DNA from: an uncultured virus (IMG/VR IMGVR_UViG_3300033112_000355)
Lineage: Duplodnaviria; Heunggongvirae; Uroviricota; Caudoviricetes
Virus record (IMG/VR): IMGVR_UViG_3300033112_000355
Strand: one strand, 5' to 3'
DNA length: 64,000 nt
Positions 47,091-58,772 of this stretch are shown here, piece after piece. The position numbers and the translations under genes are program-made. How positions within the stretch are numbered: the stretch's first letter is position 1; the number at the start of each line of letters is the position of its first letter. The notes under the pieces were generated by a model. It saw only the letters and a program-made list of their open reading frames with translations, did not search any database and was not told the DNA's origin.

Positions 47091-50000
47091 TTAGGCGCTC
47101 TTGAGCGCTGCAATTTCAGCTTGTAGATCCTTGACCATAGTGGTCAGTTCTTGTACGGCATTTACCAGTACAGGAACGAGATGCTCGCCTTTGTACTTTA
47201 AGCGCTCGGGATCTTCCGTGTCAATAATAACGGGGTTATCGCCTTCAAGGGCAAGGATGTCCTGTGCTTTGAAGCCATAGCGCACATCACCGTTAGGCTC
47301 TTCAGTATCACGATCCACCTTGAACTGATAGGCGATCGGCTGTAGTTGATTGACAAAATCCAGTCCATAAGGTACTGGAGCGAAGTTCATTTTGTCACGC
47401 TCGTCCGATACAACGGTCCAGGAAACCTGAACGTATGCGTTGGTAATAGCTGTGTGACCTAGTACAAGACGGTTGTTTTGTGTCGTTGGGTTAAACACTG
47501 GCGCGTACGTTCCAGCATTGTTCAAAAAGCCAATGCCGATATTTCCACTGCCAGTGGAGTTGCTAAAGAGAGCGCTGCGTCCATAAGCTGTGTTGTTAGA
47601 ACCAGTGGTGTTGCTTAGGAGAGCGTTGACTCCAATAGCTGTGTGTCTGGAGCCAGTGGTGTTAAGACCAAGAACGCCTTTTCCAACAGCTGTGTTTTCA
47701 AAGCCAGTCGTGTTAGCTGACATACAGCTGACTCCGTTAGCAGTGTTGCTATAGCCTGTGGTGTTACCAGCAAGAGCGCCGTATCCAACAGCTGTGTTGT
47801 CAAGGCTAGTGGTGTTGCTTTGGAGAGCGAGGGCTCCGATAGCAGTGTTAAAGATTCCAGTGGTGTTGTTTTGGAGAGCACGTTCTCCAACAGCTGTGTT
47901 TCTACTGCCACTGCCATTTGAGGACAGCGCCGAGGCTCCAACTGCCGTATTAGTGCTGATTGCACCAGAACCACGGCCAACTTTTACGCCGTAAATCAGT
48001 GCGTCGCTATTTGCAACCTCTAGCGTTGCCCCAGGATTAGTCGTACCGATACCAACTTTGCCGCTTCCATCGATTCTCATATATTCATTATTATTCTCAC
48101 CGAAAGTAATGAGATCGCTATCTTTACTACCAAACTGTATGAAACCCATAAGGGTTACATCGACTTGTCGGTAAATTTTGTGCGCAGCAGATCCCCAATC
48201 TCCTCCGTTTGTTAATCGTTTTATCTTAAACCGGAGCGAATCAGAATTTGCTGTTCGTCCACCAAGGCGCAGTAAATCAAGGGTATTGTTTGCAGTGCCT
48301 CCAAGTGTTCCGCCATCAACTTGTAGTTTGGAGGAAATAGTATCAGTGCCGATACCAACGTTGCCCCCGCCTCTTTGCAGAACGAGATCCCCCCAATTTT
48401 GTCTGCCGTCTTGCAGTGATCTTATTTCAGTGTATGTATCGCCTGTTGTTGCGCCAGTTCTAAAATCTAGAGAAGTTCCTGTAGAGCCAGCGACAAAATC
48501 ATCATTTGTCAGAAGAAGCTTTCCAACAGTATTACTCTGTACATGTAAATCTGATGCAGGAGTACTCGTACCAATACCCACGAAGCCGCTGGAATCAATC
48601 CTTAATCTTTCAGATCCAGCAGTAGTCCAGGCGTGCTCATCTGCTGCTGGACGATACCAATAAGTATTGGAATCGGCTGCAAAATATGCTCTTGCAGAAT
48701 TAGTATCTATCGTAAATGCAAAAGTAGGACCATCACTCTCATAGAAGTTAACCGTAGCATCTGCAAAAATATCAATACTACTTGAACCTGCCTTGATCTT
48801 CTCAGTACTAGTAGGACTATCATCAAACCATATTGTTCCAGTGGTTGGAAGTTTGATATCTCCGTCTACCTCAAGTTTATATTGAGGATTGGTGGTGCCG
48901 ATTCCCACGTTACCGTCGGAAGCGATGCGCATTGCTTCGGTAGGATTAGAATTAGACGATGAAGTTAGGAACGAAATTTCACCGTCATCTTTGTTCGTGC
49001 CGTCAGCGCCGTTGACGAAATTAATAGAAGATACGTTGTTACCGTTCCACTGACCAAAAATCTGCCCACCGACGAGATTAGCAGCTCGATTACTATTAAC
49101 GGCAAATTTGCCTGTATTGTTTCCTGTTGCACGAGATGCAATGGTGGGCGAGGTTGAAACAACTTCAAGTTCGGTCGCAGGACTACTCGTACCGATACCA
49201 ACGCGGCCGTTATTTTGAATGCTAATTGCTTCTGTAATGGTTCCACTGTTATCACTCGGGTAGCCAATAGCAATTCTTGGTACTCCTGATCCGTCTGATT
49301 TAATCCCAAACTTACCTAGCCACTGTCCAGTTGGCAATCCGACTTGAATTCCGAAGTCTTGGTTGTTAGCAAAAACTCCATCTCTTACGTCTAAAACAGG
49401 CCCAGGACTACTGGTACCGATTCCCACTTTGCCGCTGGAAGTGATGCGCATGCGTTCGTTGGCTGCACCATTTGTAAGGAACCTTATGTTATTCCCGCCA
49501 CTGCTATCAGCTTGAAGATTTAAACCTCCACTGTTGGTGTAAATAACAGCTGCACGTGCATTGCTTCCTTGAAACTCAATATAAGAGGTGGAGGTAGCAG
49601 CAGTTGTATTGTTATCTGTAATTCTTAGTCTCGGACCGCCTGAAGAAATCTCCAGCAATTGTTGTGGATTAGTCGTACCGATGCCAACGTTGCCACTGGA
49701 ATCGATGCGCATGGAATCGGATCCGCCAGTGAGAATTCGCATTCCATCGCCGATAGATCCAACTCTTACTTGAGAATTGCTAGTAGTGTTAGTGTCAGCA
49801 AACGTGATATACGAAGAACTATTAGTGCTTGATACTAAGATATTGTTTACATTGTTTCCTCCGTCTACATGAAGTCTAACCGCTGGACTACTCGTCCCGA
49901 TACCAACGTTGCCGGTGGAAGTGATCCGCATCCGCTCCGTCGGGTTGCTGTTGGTGGCCGCAGTAGTCGAGAACACTAGACGGCCTGGCATGTCATTAGT

Positions 50001-53000
50001 GCCAGGGGTGCCGTCTACAGCAGCAGTAATCTGAGCGCCTACAGTGGCTAAATCAGTTCCGTCTGCGCCGCAGAAGTAAAGGTTGCCCAGTTCATCGCCA
50101 TTTTGAACAATAGTAGTACTTCCTTTTGAAGTGCCTCTGGTTTTGGTTAAAACAAAACGTGGTCCCAAAGAGTCGGCTGACCGATTAAGAATTGCAGACA
50201 GACTCCCGCTTGAAACTGTAGATAAACCTTCCAGTTGAATTTGTGGAACAATTGAATTTCCTGTAATCACAGCACTAGATACTCCCACTAACAGCCTGCC
50301 TGTGGAATCGATGCGCATGCGTTCGGTGTTGACAGCGCCAGATCCTGCAGTTCTCGTGCCGAAGACAAGTGCTCCTGCATAATTTCCGTTTGTATTGTTC
50401 TCTTTAATACCTGTGATAACTGCAAAATCTGCGACCGCAGTGGGTGCTGCTGTATTCCATTTACCCCTAAAACTTATACCAGCACCTACGCCTTTAGCCG
50501 CAGTCCTGTTATCAGTAAGTCTTACATTAAAGCCTTGAGTAAAAGTTGTGTTTGTTTGTCCTTCTAAATCTAGTGCTACTTGAGGATTACTCGTGCCGAT
50601 TCCAACGTTGCCATCGGAATCGAGGCGCATGCGTTCGGTGTTACCTGTTTTCCACGTATGTTGGCTTGCACCATTTGCATCCAACGCAACTGCGTAAAAA
50701 GTATCGTTAAATGTATTATTTGAATTTCGATTTTGAAGTTCAAAAGCATCATTATTTCTAAGGATACAGGTAGCTTCGACTCCAGCGGTAGCGCCGCTTG
50801 TGTCTTCTATTGTAAAAATAGGAGTAGCAGCAGCAAGGTGTAGTTTAGTGTTAGGATTATTCGTACCGATTCCTACGTTGCCTGTTCCCGCTGCAATATT
50901 TAGACGATCAGTTCCGTTTTCTTTAATAGAAAAACCAAAATTATTTACTGTTTGATCAGCAACAAGATCCCAGTAATTATCAACAGTTCCACCAGAGCCC
51001 GATTCTGCTAGCCGCAAAGTAGCGTCTGCCGTGGTGATACTGGTGTCTGTACTTCTAATTGTTAGCACTGGGCTAGATGCTGCAATTTCAAACAGACTGT
51101 TGGGATCACTCGTACCGATTCCCACGCTGCCGTTGTCTTTGATCGTAAGCCGATCGGCTGAACCTGATTCGTCGCGAATTGTTAGCGCAGTGCCAGCATT
51201 GCCCATGGAATATCGCCTAGTCCCAGTGTCGGTGAACGCAATTCGAGCACCATTGCTGTCTTCCAGGTCTATTTTCTGGGTCGGACTACTCGTACCAATG
51301 CCAACTTTACCATCGCTTAAAAGAGTAACGTTTGTTGTGTATGAACCTCCACTAAAATCAGCAATCTGTAGTAAACCTGCAGAGCCATTATCAGAAACAA
51401 ATATGCGCCATTGCGCTCTGTCATCACTTCCGCCTTTAAGTTTTACTGAAACACCTAAAAAGTCAACAAGGTCAAATTTGTCAGTAGGATTACTAGTGCC
51501 AATTCCAACTCTACCGATGGAATCAACGAATAATCTGCCTGTGCCATTTGTTGTAATTGCAATCTCATTTGCAAGTGGAGAATAAATTCCTGTATTTAAA
51601 TCACCAGAAAATGTAATAGAAGGCGCACTCGCTGTCCCAGAACCAAATATGCCCGTAGACATAGTCATGCCGCTGATATTAATGGTATCAAAAGCCCCGT
51701 TTACAAAAACACCACTTGTTGCCTGGATCGTATTTCCAGTAATTGTGGTTCCAGACAGATTTGTAAATACGCCACTTGTGCCTGAAACTAAGTTACCGGT
51801 AATGCTTGTTCCCGAAACGTAGGTATATACCCCGCTAGTTCCTGAGATTAAATCTCCTGTAATACTTGCTCCAGAAAGCGCCGTAAAGACTCCGCTTGTA
51901 CCTGAAATTAAATCTCCTGTAATACTTGCACCGGAAAGGTTTGTATAGACACCACTCGTACCTGAAATTGTGTTACCTGTAACATTTGTACCCGAAACGT
52001 AGGTATATACCCCGCTAGTTCCTGAGATTAAATCTCCTGTAATACNNNNNNNNNNNNNNNNNNNNNNNNNNNNNNNNNNNNNNNNNNNNNNNNNNNNNNN
52101 NNNNNNNNNNNNNNNNNNNNNNNNNNNNNNNNNNNNNNNNNNNNNTTGCTCCAGAAAGCGCCGTAAAGACACCACTTGTGCCTGAAACTAAGTTACCGGT
52201 AATGCTTGTTCCCGAAACGTAGCTATATACCCCGCTAGTTCCTGAGATTAAATCTCCGGTAATAGTTGCACCGGAAAGGTTTGTATAGACACCACTTGTA
52301 CCAGAAATTAAATCTCCTGTGATTGTGGCTCCTGATAAAAAAGTATAGATGCCTGAAACGCCTGTGATTGTTGTACCAGAAATAGTTCCTGACGTTACAA
52401 TGTTTTCGATAAAGCCTGTCTGCTCAATAATTAAACTTGCTTCGCCTGTTATATTTCCAACGATCCGTGCACCGCCACTGACTGTTAGATCTTCAATAAC
52501 CGTGAAATCTCCGCTAATCGTTGTGTTGCCTGGGAAGGTCATGTTAATAGCGGTCAAGTCATGAAAGACGCCAGTATCACAATCAATACGATTTGCTTGA
52601 ATACTAGTTCCGGTGACATTGGTAAACACTCCGGAAGTTCCGGAAATATTTGTATATACACCGGACACACCTGTGATTGTAGTTGCTTGAACTATATTTC
52701 CAGTAATTGTCGCACCTGAAATGTGTGCGAATTGTCCTCCTGTTCCTGATATATTATTTCCTGTTATAGTTGCTCCTGATATGCGAGAATAGACACCACT
52801 TGTGCCGGAAATTAAATCTCCCGTAATACTTGTACCTGAAAGATATGTAAAGACACCGCTTGTACCAGAAATGGAGTTTCCAGTGATAGTGTTACCGGTA
52901 ATAGTTCCTGTTATATAAGCACCAGAAGCAGTTAAAAGTCCGCTGACACCGAGAGCACCGCTTACCGTAAGCTCCCCAGTGACAGTAACGCCACTTATGG

Positions 53001-53574
53001 TTACTGTTTGCGCTGTTAGTGTTCCAAATTCACCAGAGACACCTGTAATAGTTCCGCCACTAATATCAGCCGCTGTGAAATTAGAAGTTGCAAAATTTAA
53101 AGCATTAACTGTATCCCCTGTTATAACTGCTCCTGAAAAATAAGAAGTTACGATACCTGTTGAATAAGTAAAGGTTGTGCCAGTTAGCGTCGTAACTGTG
53201 CCAGTCCCAATTTCAGATTGATTAAAAAATGAATTATCGCCAGATACAGTATCCCCACTAATAGTTCCAGAAATAATTGCATCGTCCTGTACAGTCAGCC
53301 CAGACACGGTGGCAGCGTGGGTGACTAGCAGACCAGATGTAGTAGTTAATCCGCTTATTGTCGCGTTGCCGCCAACAATAATATCTCCTGAAAATGTATT
53401 ACCGCTCGTGTTCTGAAAGTACTGATCCAGATAAACAACTAGTTCATCAAACTGAAATTTCTTATTACGTAAAGAAGGATCTGCTTCGTTAACAGCTACG
53501 ACTGTAAGCAGATCCTCATCAACAATAGAGCCGCCCTCAATATTGGGCATCTCTGTAATTTTCCTATTAGCCAC
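47091..53574 (-). CDS. Giant tail fibre with C-terminal intramolecular chaperone (peptidase S74-like); one gene interrupted by the gap at 52046-52145
   Basis: N-terminal ANRKITEM anchor, 20-aa SGTSG repeats on both sides of the gap, more than 10 GNVGIGT..P repeats, NTAVG..AL repeats, SDERDKMN chaperone motif. Confidence 0.88.
51720..52900 (-). repeat. 60-bp tandem coding repeats (ITGDLISGTSGVYTxLSGAx)
   Basis: 60-nt periodicity visible by eye; probable cause of the assembly gap. Confidence 0.85.
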
Positions 53575-53611
53575 CGAAAATCAAGCAAGTTCTGATACAA
53601 TTATAAATCTT

Positions 53612-54037
53612 TTATTTTTCCCTAATCTCAATCCGCGATAAAATATCTGTAGAAAAACCCCATGCAAATTGAGCACCTGCCAAGATTCCCGTTGATAATG
53701 CCAGGATAATTAGAATTTCTGCAATTGTTAGATTGCGGCGCAAATAAACCACATTCGGCTGTGGCGCTGGTGCTTGGTACTTCGGAGTTGGTGATGGTTG
53801 CGGACGAGGCGGGGCTTGAGGCGGTTGAGCCAAAGGCGGGGTAGCCATTGGGTTGGCAGGGGGCTGCATACCGCGAGCTGCAATTGCCTGTTGCATCGCA
53901 AGGTCACGGGCACGTGCCTTTAAGGATTCAAGATTTTCTGGATTAAAAGTAGGTTCTTGATAGGTCTGTTCGTATTGCGGCTGCTCGTCTACTTGAGCAG
54001 GATTGCTTGAAGGAATTTGCTCTTGCATACTAGACAT
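53612..54037 (-). CDS. Pro-rich membrane protein
   Basis: Pro/Gln-rich linker plus C-terminal TM helix. Confidence 0.55.
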   Translation of the reverse strand: MSSMQEQIPSSNPAQVDEQPQYEQTYQEPTFNPENLESLKARARDLAMQQAIAARGMQPPANPMATPPLAQPPQAPPRPQPSPTPKYQAPAPQPNVVYLRRNLTIAEILIILALSTGILAGAQFAWGFSTDILSRIEIREK

Positions 54038-54080
54038 TTACTTCGTAAATAGATTAGCATTATTGAAAATAAAAAGCGAT

Positions 54081-54518
54081 ATGACAGATGAAATCTCTCG
54101 CTGTCTCAAGAAAATTGGAACTGAACTTGAGAATGTCAACAAGGCATTAAATAGTATTTGGTACAGCCGCTATCAAAATGGAGAAACCGACGTACTAGAT
54201 CCAAGATGTCATGCGGATGAGTATATAACACTTGAAGTATGCGCTAAACGATTACACGTGACTCCGCAGACGATCAGAAACTGGATCAAAACCGGAATGC
54301 ACAACGACAATAAGGGCTGGAAACAGGGCATTCACTACGTAAACGTAGCCGGAGACGCAAGGATTAAGGGATACTTAAGAGTTCCTTGGAATAGTCTTGT
54401 GCAGACTTTCGCCAAAAATCCAATTGAAAAAGAAATTCTCCACAAGAATGTGGGTGGACGCAGGCTTTATAAAGACATTCCTAGGCCTGATGACGAAGCA
54501 GATCATCCGAAGTTATGA
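54081..54518 (+). CDS. HTH (excisionase/MerR-like) DNA-binding protein
   Basis: YITLEVCAKRLHVTPQTIRNWI...WKQGIHY. Confidence 0.65.
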   Translation: MTDEISRCLKKIGTELENVNKALNSIWYSRYQNGETDVLDPRCHADEYITLEVCAKRLHVTPQTIRNWIKTGMHNDNKGWKQGIHYVNVAGDARIKGYLRVPWNSLVQTFAKNPIEKEILHKNVGGRRLYKDIPRPDDEADHPKL

Positions 54519-54970
54519 GTTATAGATTTTACGGCTTCAATATAGAAGATGTCAATTTGGAAAATTACTCGGATATCCTGCCGAAATCTTTGGCGTACCA
54601 AATAGAAATCTTTTTGCCGCCTGAAGGGTCTTTTGCAACCCCTGATCTTCAGCGGTACTTGCAAATTTTAAAAAATTATGAAGAAGAGGACGAGGGATCT
54701 AGTATGACACTCGCAAATAGATTACGTGTTGCCTTTAGAGATTTGAAACCGGATACGATCTGCGGAAAATTTCCACAGGCAGAACTTCCTCTAAAAAGAA
54801 GACTCAGGTGTGTAGCCGAATATCTTATACGTTCAAATGAATTTAGAAAACTTCGTGATGAAAATGGTAAACTCATCAAGAGAAAGGGTGTACTAGGGAA
54901 AATGGTAGTTATCTATCAACCTGAACCTAAGCTCCTTGAATCCTTACGTCGTCAAGATTTACTGCAATGA
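54515..54970 (+). CDS. Hypothetical protein
   Basis: 151 aa, ATGA-coupled. Confidence 0.55.
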   Translation: MSYRFYGFNIEDVNLENYSDILPKSLAYQIEIFLPPEGSFATPDLQRYLQILKNYEEEDEGSSMTLANRLRVAFRDLKPDTICGKFPQAELPLKRRLRCVAEYLIRSNEFRKLRDENGKLIKRKGVLGKMVVIYQPEPKLLESLRRQDLLQ

Positions 54971-55371
54971 ACAGAAGAGAAAAGCTTTTATTAAGCATCC
55001 TTGGTAAAGAGCCTGATCTAACTAAGACAAGGATGTTGGATACGACTGTAAAAATTATTCTTGGTGACCTGGGAAAACAGTATTCAAAATTCTGGGAGCT
55101 TGAAGGCCCTGGCGTCATGTGTTTTCAGCCCCATCAGGAACGCTCAATGTTTTACATGACGCTTAAAGAAATTCATTCAGCAGAAGAAAACTGTCAACGT
55201 GAGAACGACGGACAACTTGCAGAAACTTTTCGTCGAATCTTAGAGGCAGGACAAAAAATCGACCCGAGTGAAAAGGCTGGTTACATAATCAATGACGATA
55301 ACGGAATTCGTTATTTTGAAATTTGCTACAACACCGCCAGTGAAAGTTCTTTAGAAGACGTTGTTCAATGA
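54967..55371 (+). CDS. Hypothetical protein
   Basis: 134 aa, ATGA-coupled. Confidence 0.55.
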   Translation: MNRREKLLLSILGKEPDLTKTRMLDTTVKIILGDLGKQYSKFWELEGPGVMCFQPHQERSMFYMTLKEIHSAEENCQRENDGQLAETFRRILEAGQKIDPSEKAGYIINDDNGIRYFEICYNTASESSLEDVVQ

Positions 55372-55949
55372 GACCTTTTGTAGAGAATGAAGATTTTGAA
55401 CTGATCTCAAACTATGACTTAGTTCAGAGTGCTCATGCTTTACTTGGCGGCATCGACTTAGATGTTGCGAGTTCAGACAAAGCAAATTGCTACGTAGGTG
55501 CGGATGCATATTACACACCATCTATGGATGGGCTAAACGAACAGCCCTGGTCGGACAGCATTTATTTGTTTCCTCCAGGGGGTACTTACTTCTGGCAGCA
55601 CAAAATGCAGCGCTGGAAAAAGACAAGGTCTGCATCAGTAACACTCACATCGTCTCAGGCTGTTTGGTTCAGGCGGATGTACCGTGAATGGATGAAAGGA
55701 AATATCAAACAAGGCGTATTCATGACAAATCATCCTGACATGATTCGACATGATCAGCGTATATTCGATTTTCCAATCTGCATATTGAAACATGCGCCGA
55801 TGATGATTAAAAACACAAGTCAGGGTGTAGACGAAAGAAAGCAAACATCAACAACCATAATCGTTTATATGCCTCCACATGGATTAAACACAGCAAATAT
55901 CGAGAAGTTTATCGAGATTTATTCCGAAAAAGGCAGAATTATTTGCTAG
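55368..55949 (+). CDS. Phage N6-adenine methyltransferase-like protein with altered catalytic motif
   Basis: GGIDLDVASS..AN...DGLNEQPW...YLFPPG (canonical NPPY replaced). Confidence 0.55.
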   Translation: MRPFVENEDFELISNYDLVQSAHALLGGIDLDVASSDKANCYVGADAYYTPSMDGLNEQPWSDSIYLFPPGGTYFWQHKMQRWKKTRSASVTLTSSQAVWFRRMYREWMKGNIKQGVFMTNHPDMIRHDQRIFDFPICILKHAPMMIKNTSQGVDERKQTSTTIIVYMPPHGLNTANIEKFIEIYSEKGRIIC

Positions 55950-55975
55950 GCTTTTCCTTAAGCAATGAACAAAAG

Positions 55976-56563
55976 ATGACGCTGTTAGCCGACTTTGAAA
56001 TTCGAGATCTTGCCCGTGTTCATAAGATGATCGAACCTTTTGTTGAGCATGTAGTCAAAGAAGAGGACGGTCAAAAGGTTCTGAGTTACGGCTTGGGTTC
56101 TTATGGATATGACATTCGTCTTGATAGTAAAGAGTGTTTTTTATTCGGCGGTGTTCAGACAGGAGTTTGTGATCCAAAAGCTTTTGATGAAGGAATTCTG
56201 AAGCCTCTAGACTTGCATGAGGATGAAAGGGGAAAATTTTTTATTCTTCCTCCCTATGGTTATTGCCTGGGTGTTGCAAAAGAAAGGCTTAAACTGCCTC
56301 GTAATGTAACTGTAATTGCTGTTGGCAAATCGACTTATGCTCGATCTGGAATCATGGTCAACATTACACCAGCTGAAGCTTGTTGGGAGGGTTATCTGAC
56401 ATTAGAAATCAGTAACTGCACAGGACTATTTAATAGAGTCTATGCCGAAGAAGGAATTACTCAACTTTTATTTATGGCTGGGAGGCCTTGCTCTGTCAGC
56501 TACCAGGATCGAAGCGGTAAGTATCAATCACAACCCCATCAAGTTGTCTTCTCTAAAGTCTAG
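55976..56563 (+). CDS. dcd: dCTP deaminase
   Basis: SYGLGSYGYDIRL, GKSTYARSG, TPAEACWEGYLTLEISN, Y.DR.GKYQ. Confidence 0.92.
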   Translation: MTLLADFEIRDLARVHKMIEPFVEHVVKEEDGQKVLSYGLGSYGYDIRLDSKECFLFGGVQTGVCDPKAFDEGILKPLDLHEDERGKFFILPPYGYCLGVAKERLKLPRNVTVIAVGKSTYARSGIMVNITPAEACWEGYLTLEISNCTGLFNRVYAEEGITQLLFMAGRPCSVSYQDRSGKYQSQPHQVVFSKV

Positions 56564-56907
56564 AAACCGTAGAACCTTCCAAACCTGAAACCTGGTTTCT
56601 TACTGACCATCATTCCGCCTGCACCGGGTCTTCCGTAATTCCGACCACGGAGACTCGGCAGCTCAACGCCATTGATTGAGAACTTACCAACTGGAATACG
56701 AGAACCAAACCCTGGCTCATTAATGTTTTGTCGTTTCCGATATTCTCCTGCTGCTTTGGCACTAGCTATTCGCCTTCTGTTTTTATCTTCTACTCTTTCA
56801 GGATTAGATCTTTCCTGAAAAGCAAATCGTGCAGCTGCATTCAAGCGACGATTATCTCCTTGAAGAAATCGCGCATCTGCTGAATAAGTAGACTGTATTT
56901 TTTTCAA
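56560..56907 (-). CDS. Basic hypothetical protein
   Basis: Arg/Gly-rich ORF. Confidence 0.45.
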   Translation of the reverse strand: MKKIQSTYSADARFLQGDNRRLNAAARFAFQERSNPERVEDKNRRRIASAKAAGEYRKRQNINEPGFGSRIPVGKFSINGVELPSLRGRNYGRPGAGGMMVSKKPGFRFGRFYGF

Positions 56908-56961
56908 AGTCTAAATTACTGCCTGTTACTATTATAAAAGGACATAATCAAAGTAATAAAA

Positions 56962-57456
56962 ATGTTTGATGTAGCCACGAGTTTTCTGGAGAACTTCGTT
57001 GGAAGCAATCCTTATGTAAGGAGGTGCGTTACAGGCTGTGATACAAATGGACAGCCTTTAGATAATTATTATGCAGACGTTCCGATGTATGATAATTACA
57101 ACAACGGACTTTCAACATGCGAAGAGGGTTACAACAGGGAGAACCTTGCGCTAACGGGCAACAATCAACCTGTGTTGATGTCTCCGGAAGCAATGGCAGA
57201 TCAACAAGTGACCCGGATGCCAGGAAGTCAGGCATCAGTAGACAGGGGTTTTTATATCGGGAAGGAAATGGCTCCAGTGATTCCGGGACAAGCTCCGGGA
57301 GCACGGCCGGGCCTGACGGGCTACATTCCGAGCATGGAGGAAGCGCTGGCTGCAGGGACGACGAACGGAGTTACCGGGTCGTTGATGATGGTGGAGCTGG
57401 GTCCGGACGAGCAGATGATGCAGGAGTCAATGAAAAGGCGTGGTTTGATCCGGTAG
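56962..57456 (+). CDS. Hypothetical protein
   Basis: 164 aa ORF. Confidence 0.5.
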   Translation: MFDVATSFLENFVGSNPYVRRCVTGCDTNGQPLDNYYADVPMYDNYNNGLSTCEEGYNRENLALTGNNQPVLMSPEAMADQQVTRMPGSQASVDRGFYIGKEMAPVIPGQAPGARPGLTGYIPSMEEALAAGTTNGVTGSLMMVELGPDEQMMQESMKRRGLIR

Positions 57457-57458
57457 AA

Positions 57459-57731
57459 ATGGATTGCCCTGGGGGTGTGTGTCCAGTACCTTGGGCCAAC
57501 TCAAAATCAGATACAACTGAATCCGATAATGTGAATCATCCGTCACATTATACGGATGGAAACATTGAATGCATTGAAGCCATAGAAGCACAGCTTAGTG
57601 CAGAAGAATATAGAGGCTACCTCAAAGGCAACATCGCAAAATACTTGTGGCGAGAAAAGCACAAAGGCGGAGTTGAGTCTTTAAAAAAAGCCGAATGGTA
57701 TTTAAAAAGACTCATCGAAACTGACGGATAG
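57459..57731 (+). CDS. DUF3310 (SaV-like) protein
   Basis: DNVNHPSHYT..IECIEAI...KGNIAKYLWR...SLKKAEWYL. Confidence 0.8.
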   Translation: MDCPGGVCPVPWANSKSDTTESDNVNHPSHYTDGNIECIEAIEAQLSAEEYRGYLKGNIAKYLWREKHKGGVESLKKAEWYLKRLIETDG

Positions 57732-57732
57732 T

Positions 57733-58023
57733 TTATAAAAGACAATTGTCATCATCGTCTTCACCTATTTGGTCCTCAGGAATGTAAGACACAAGCTCTG
57801 AAAGCTCTAGGTCAGTAGGGATATCGAATTCAATATCGACTTGTTCTTCTGCCATTAGGGCTTTCAGTGCGTTCCATTCCATCAACCTTTGGTGATAGAG
57901 GTTTAGCAATGCACAAATTAATTCATCTCGATTTAAATCCTTGGCATGCACCTCTGCCTTACGCATCGCGAATTGCATTTCCAAGGGGAGATGAAACTCT
58001 TTAGTCTCAGAACTATGTTCCAT
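57733..58023 (-). CDS. NblA-like phycobilisome degradation adaptor with acidic tail
   Basis: LPLEMQFAMR...DLNRDEL...LLNLYHQRLME.NALKALM resembles the NblA LSLEQQF...LY.Q pattern. Confidence 0.6.
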   Translation of the reverse strand: MEHSSETKEFHLPLEMQFAMRKAEVHAKDLNRDELICALLNLYHQRLMEWNALKALMAEEQVDIEFDIPTDLELSELVSYIPEDQIGEDDDDNCLL

Positions 58024-58045
58024 GTAACTCCTCTTTTATACAATT

Positions 58046-58717
58046 TTACTCTAAAGCATAAAAGAGTCGATCAATTTCTTGCTCTATCGGAAAACTAAGA
58101 GTGGCATCTAAACCGAATTCATTTGCAAATTCGGATAGTACATAAGGGTTGACGCGCTCTTCGAATTTGCGAATTGCATTCACCTGACGCATGGATGCTT
58201 CATAATCTCTAAAAGCTTTTAATAAAACATCTGGCGGCATCCAGGCAAGCTCATCGATGTTTGTTAAAAATACATCTCCTTCCTCTCGTCTTCTTTCTAA
58301 AAGACCGCCAATTACTTTGTGTTCATCGTCAAAAACCCAACGGTTGAACTCATGGATTACTTCAGCAAAATCTCCTCTCTCAATTGCATCGACAATTGAG
58401 CTGTACAGAAAAGCTTCCCACCCTACAGAGTGAATGAAAGATAGTAAAGCATTCTTCATATGCGGGTCTAGATCTAATTTCAGCGCATCAAGTTCGCTGT
58501 CAATCACGTCTAGTTCTGCAAGCAAATACTCAAATGCTTTTTTTCTTGAAACTAGCTGACCCTTTAATACGGGAGACCCATCTGGATAAAACTCTGAACC
58601 GTAACCAATTGTATAGGGTTCTCCGCCAGTGGCTGGATCAGGACATGCACGTTCATTAAAACCCTCGTACTTTTTTATGATACAAATAGCAGGAGAAAAA
58701 TCGTGCATGAGATACAC
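58046..58717 (-). CDS. GH24 lysozyme-like protein
   Basis: KKYEGF...PDP...YTIGYG; GLLERRREE. Confidence 0.8.
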   Translation of the reverse strand: MYLMHDFSPAICIIKKYEGFNERACPDPATGGEPYTIGYGSEFYPDGSPVLKGQLVSRKKAFEYLLAELDVIDSELDALKLDLDPHMKNALLSFIHSVGWEAFLYSSIVDAIERGDFAEVIHEFNRWVFDDEHKVIGGLLERRREEGDVFLTNIDELAWMPPDVLLKAFRDYEASMRQVNAIRKFEERVNPYVLSEFANEFGLDATLSFPIEQEIDRLFYALE

Positions 58718-58772
58718 AGAGCTGAGCTGATTATAAGCTATTTGTAAAAGAAAATGATTGTTACTCTAGAAT

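Noticed and set aside
47091..52045. Diversity-generating retroelement acting on the tail fibre
   Set aside because: No reverse transcriptase and no adenine-specific template/variable repeat pair seen in the window
47615..52564. Antisense and alternate-frame ORFs within the tail fibre and other long genes
   Set aside because: Shadow ORFs with no recognisable motifs or initiation signals
51720..52900. CRISPR-like array
   Set aside because: The repeats are in-frame 60-bp coding repeats of the tail fibre with no unique spacers; no cas operon (the PD-(D/E)XK nuclease is a standard phage exonuclease)
57117..57458. Long N-terminal extension of the DUF3310 ORF
   Set aside because: It overlaps the 56962-57456 gene in another frame; the ATG at 57459 directly after that stop is more plausible
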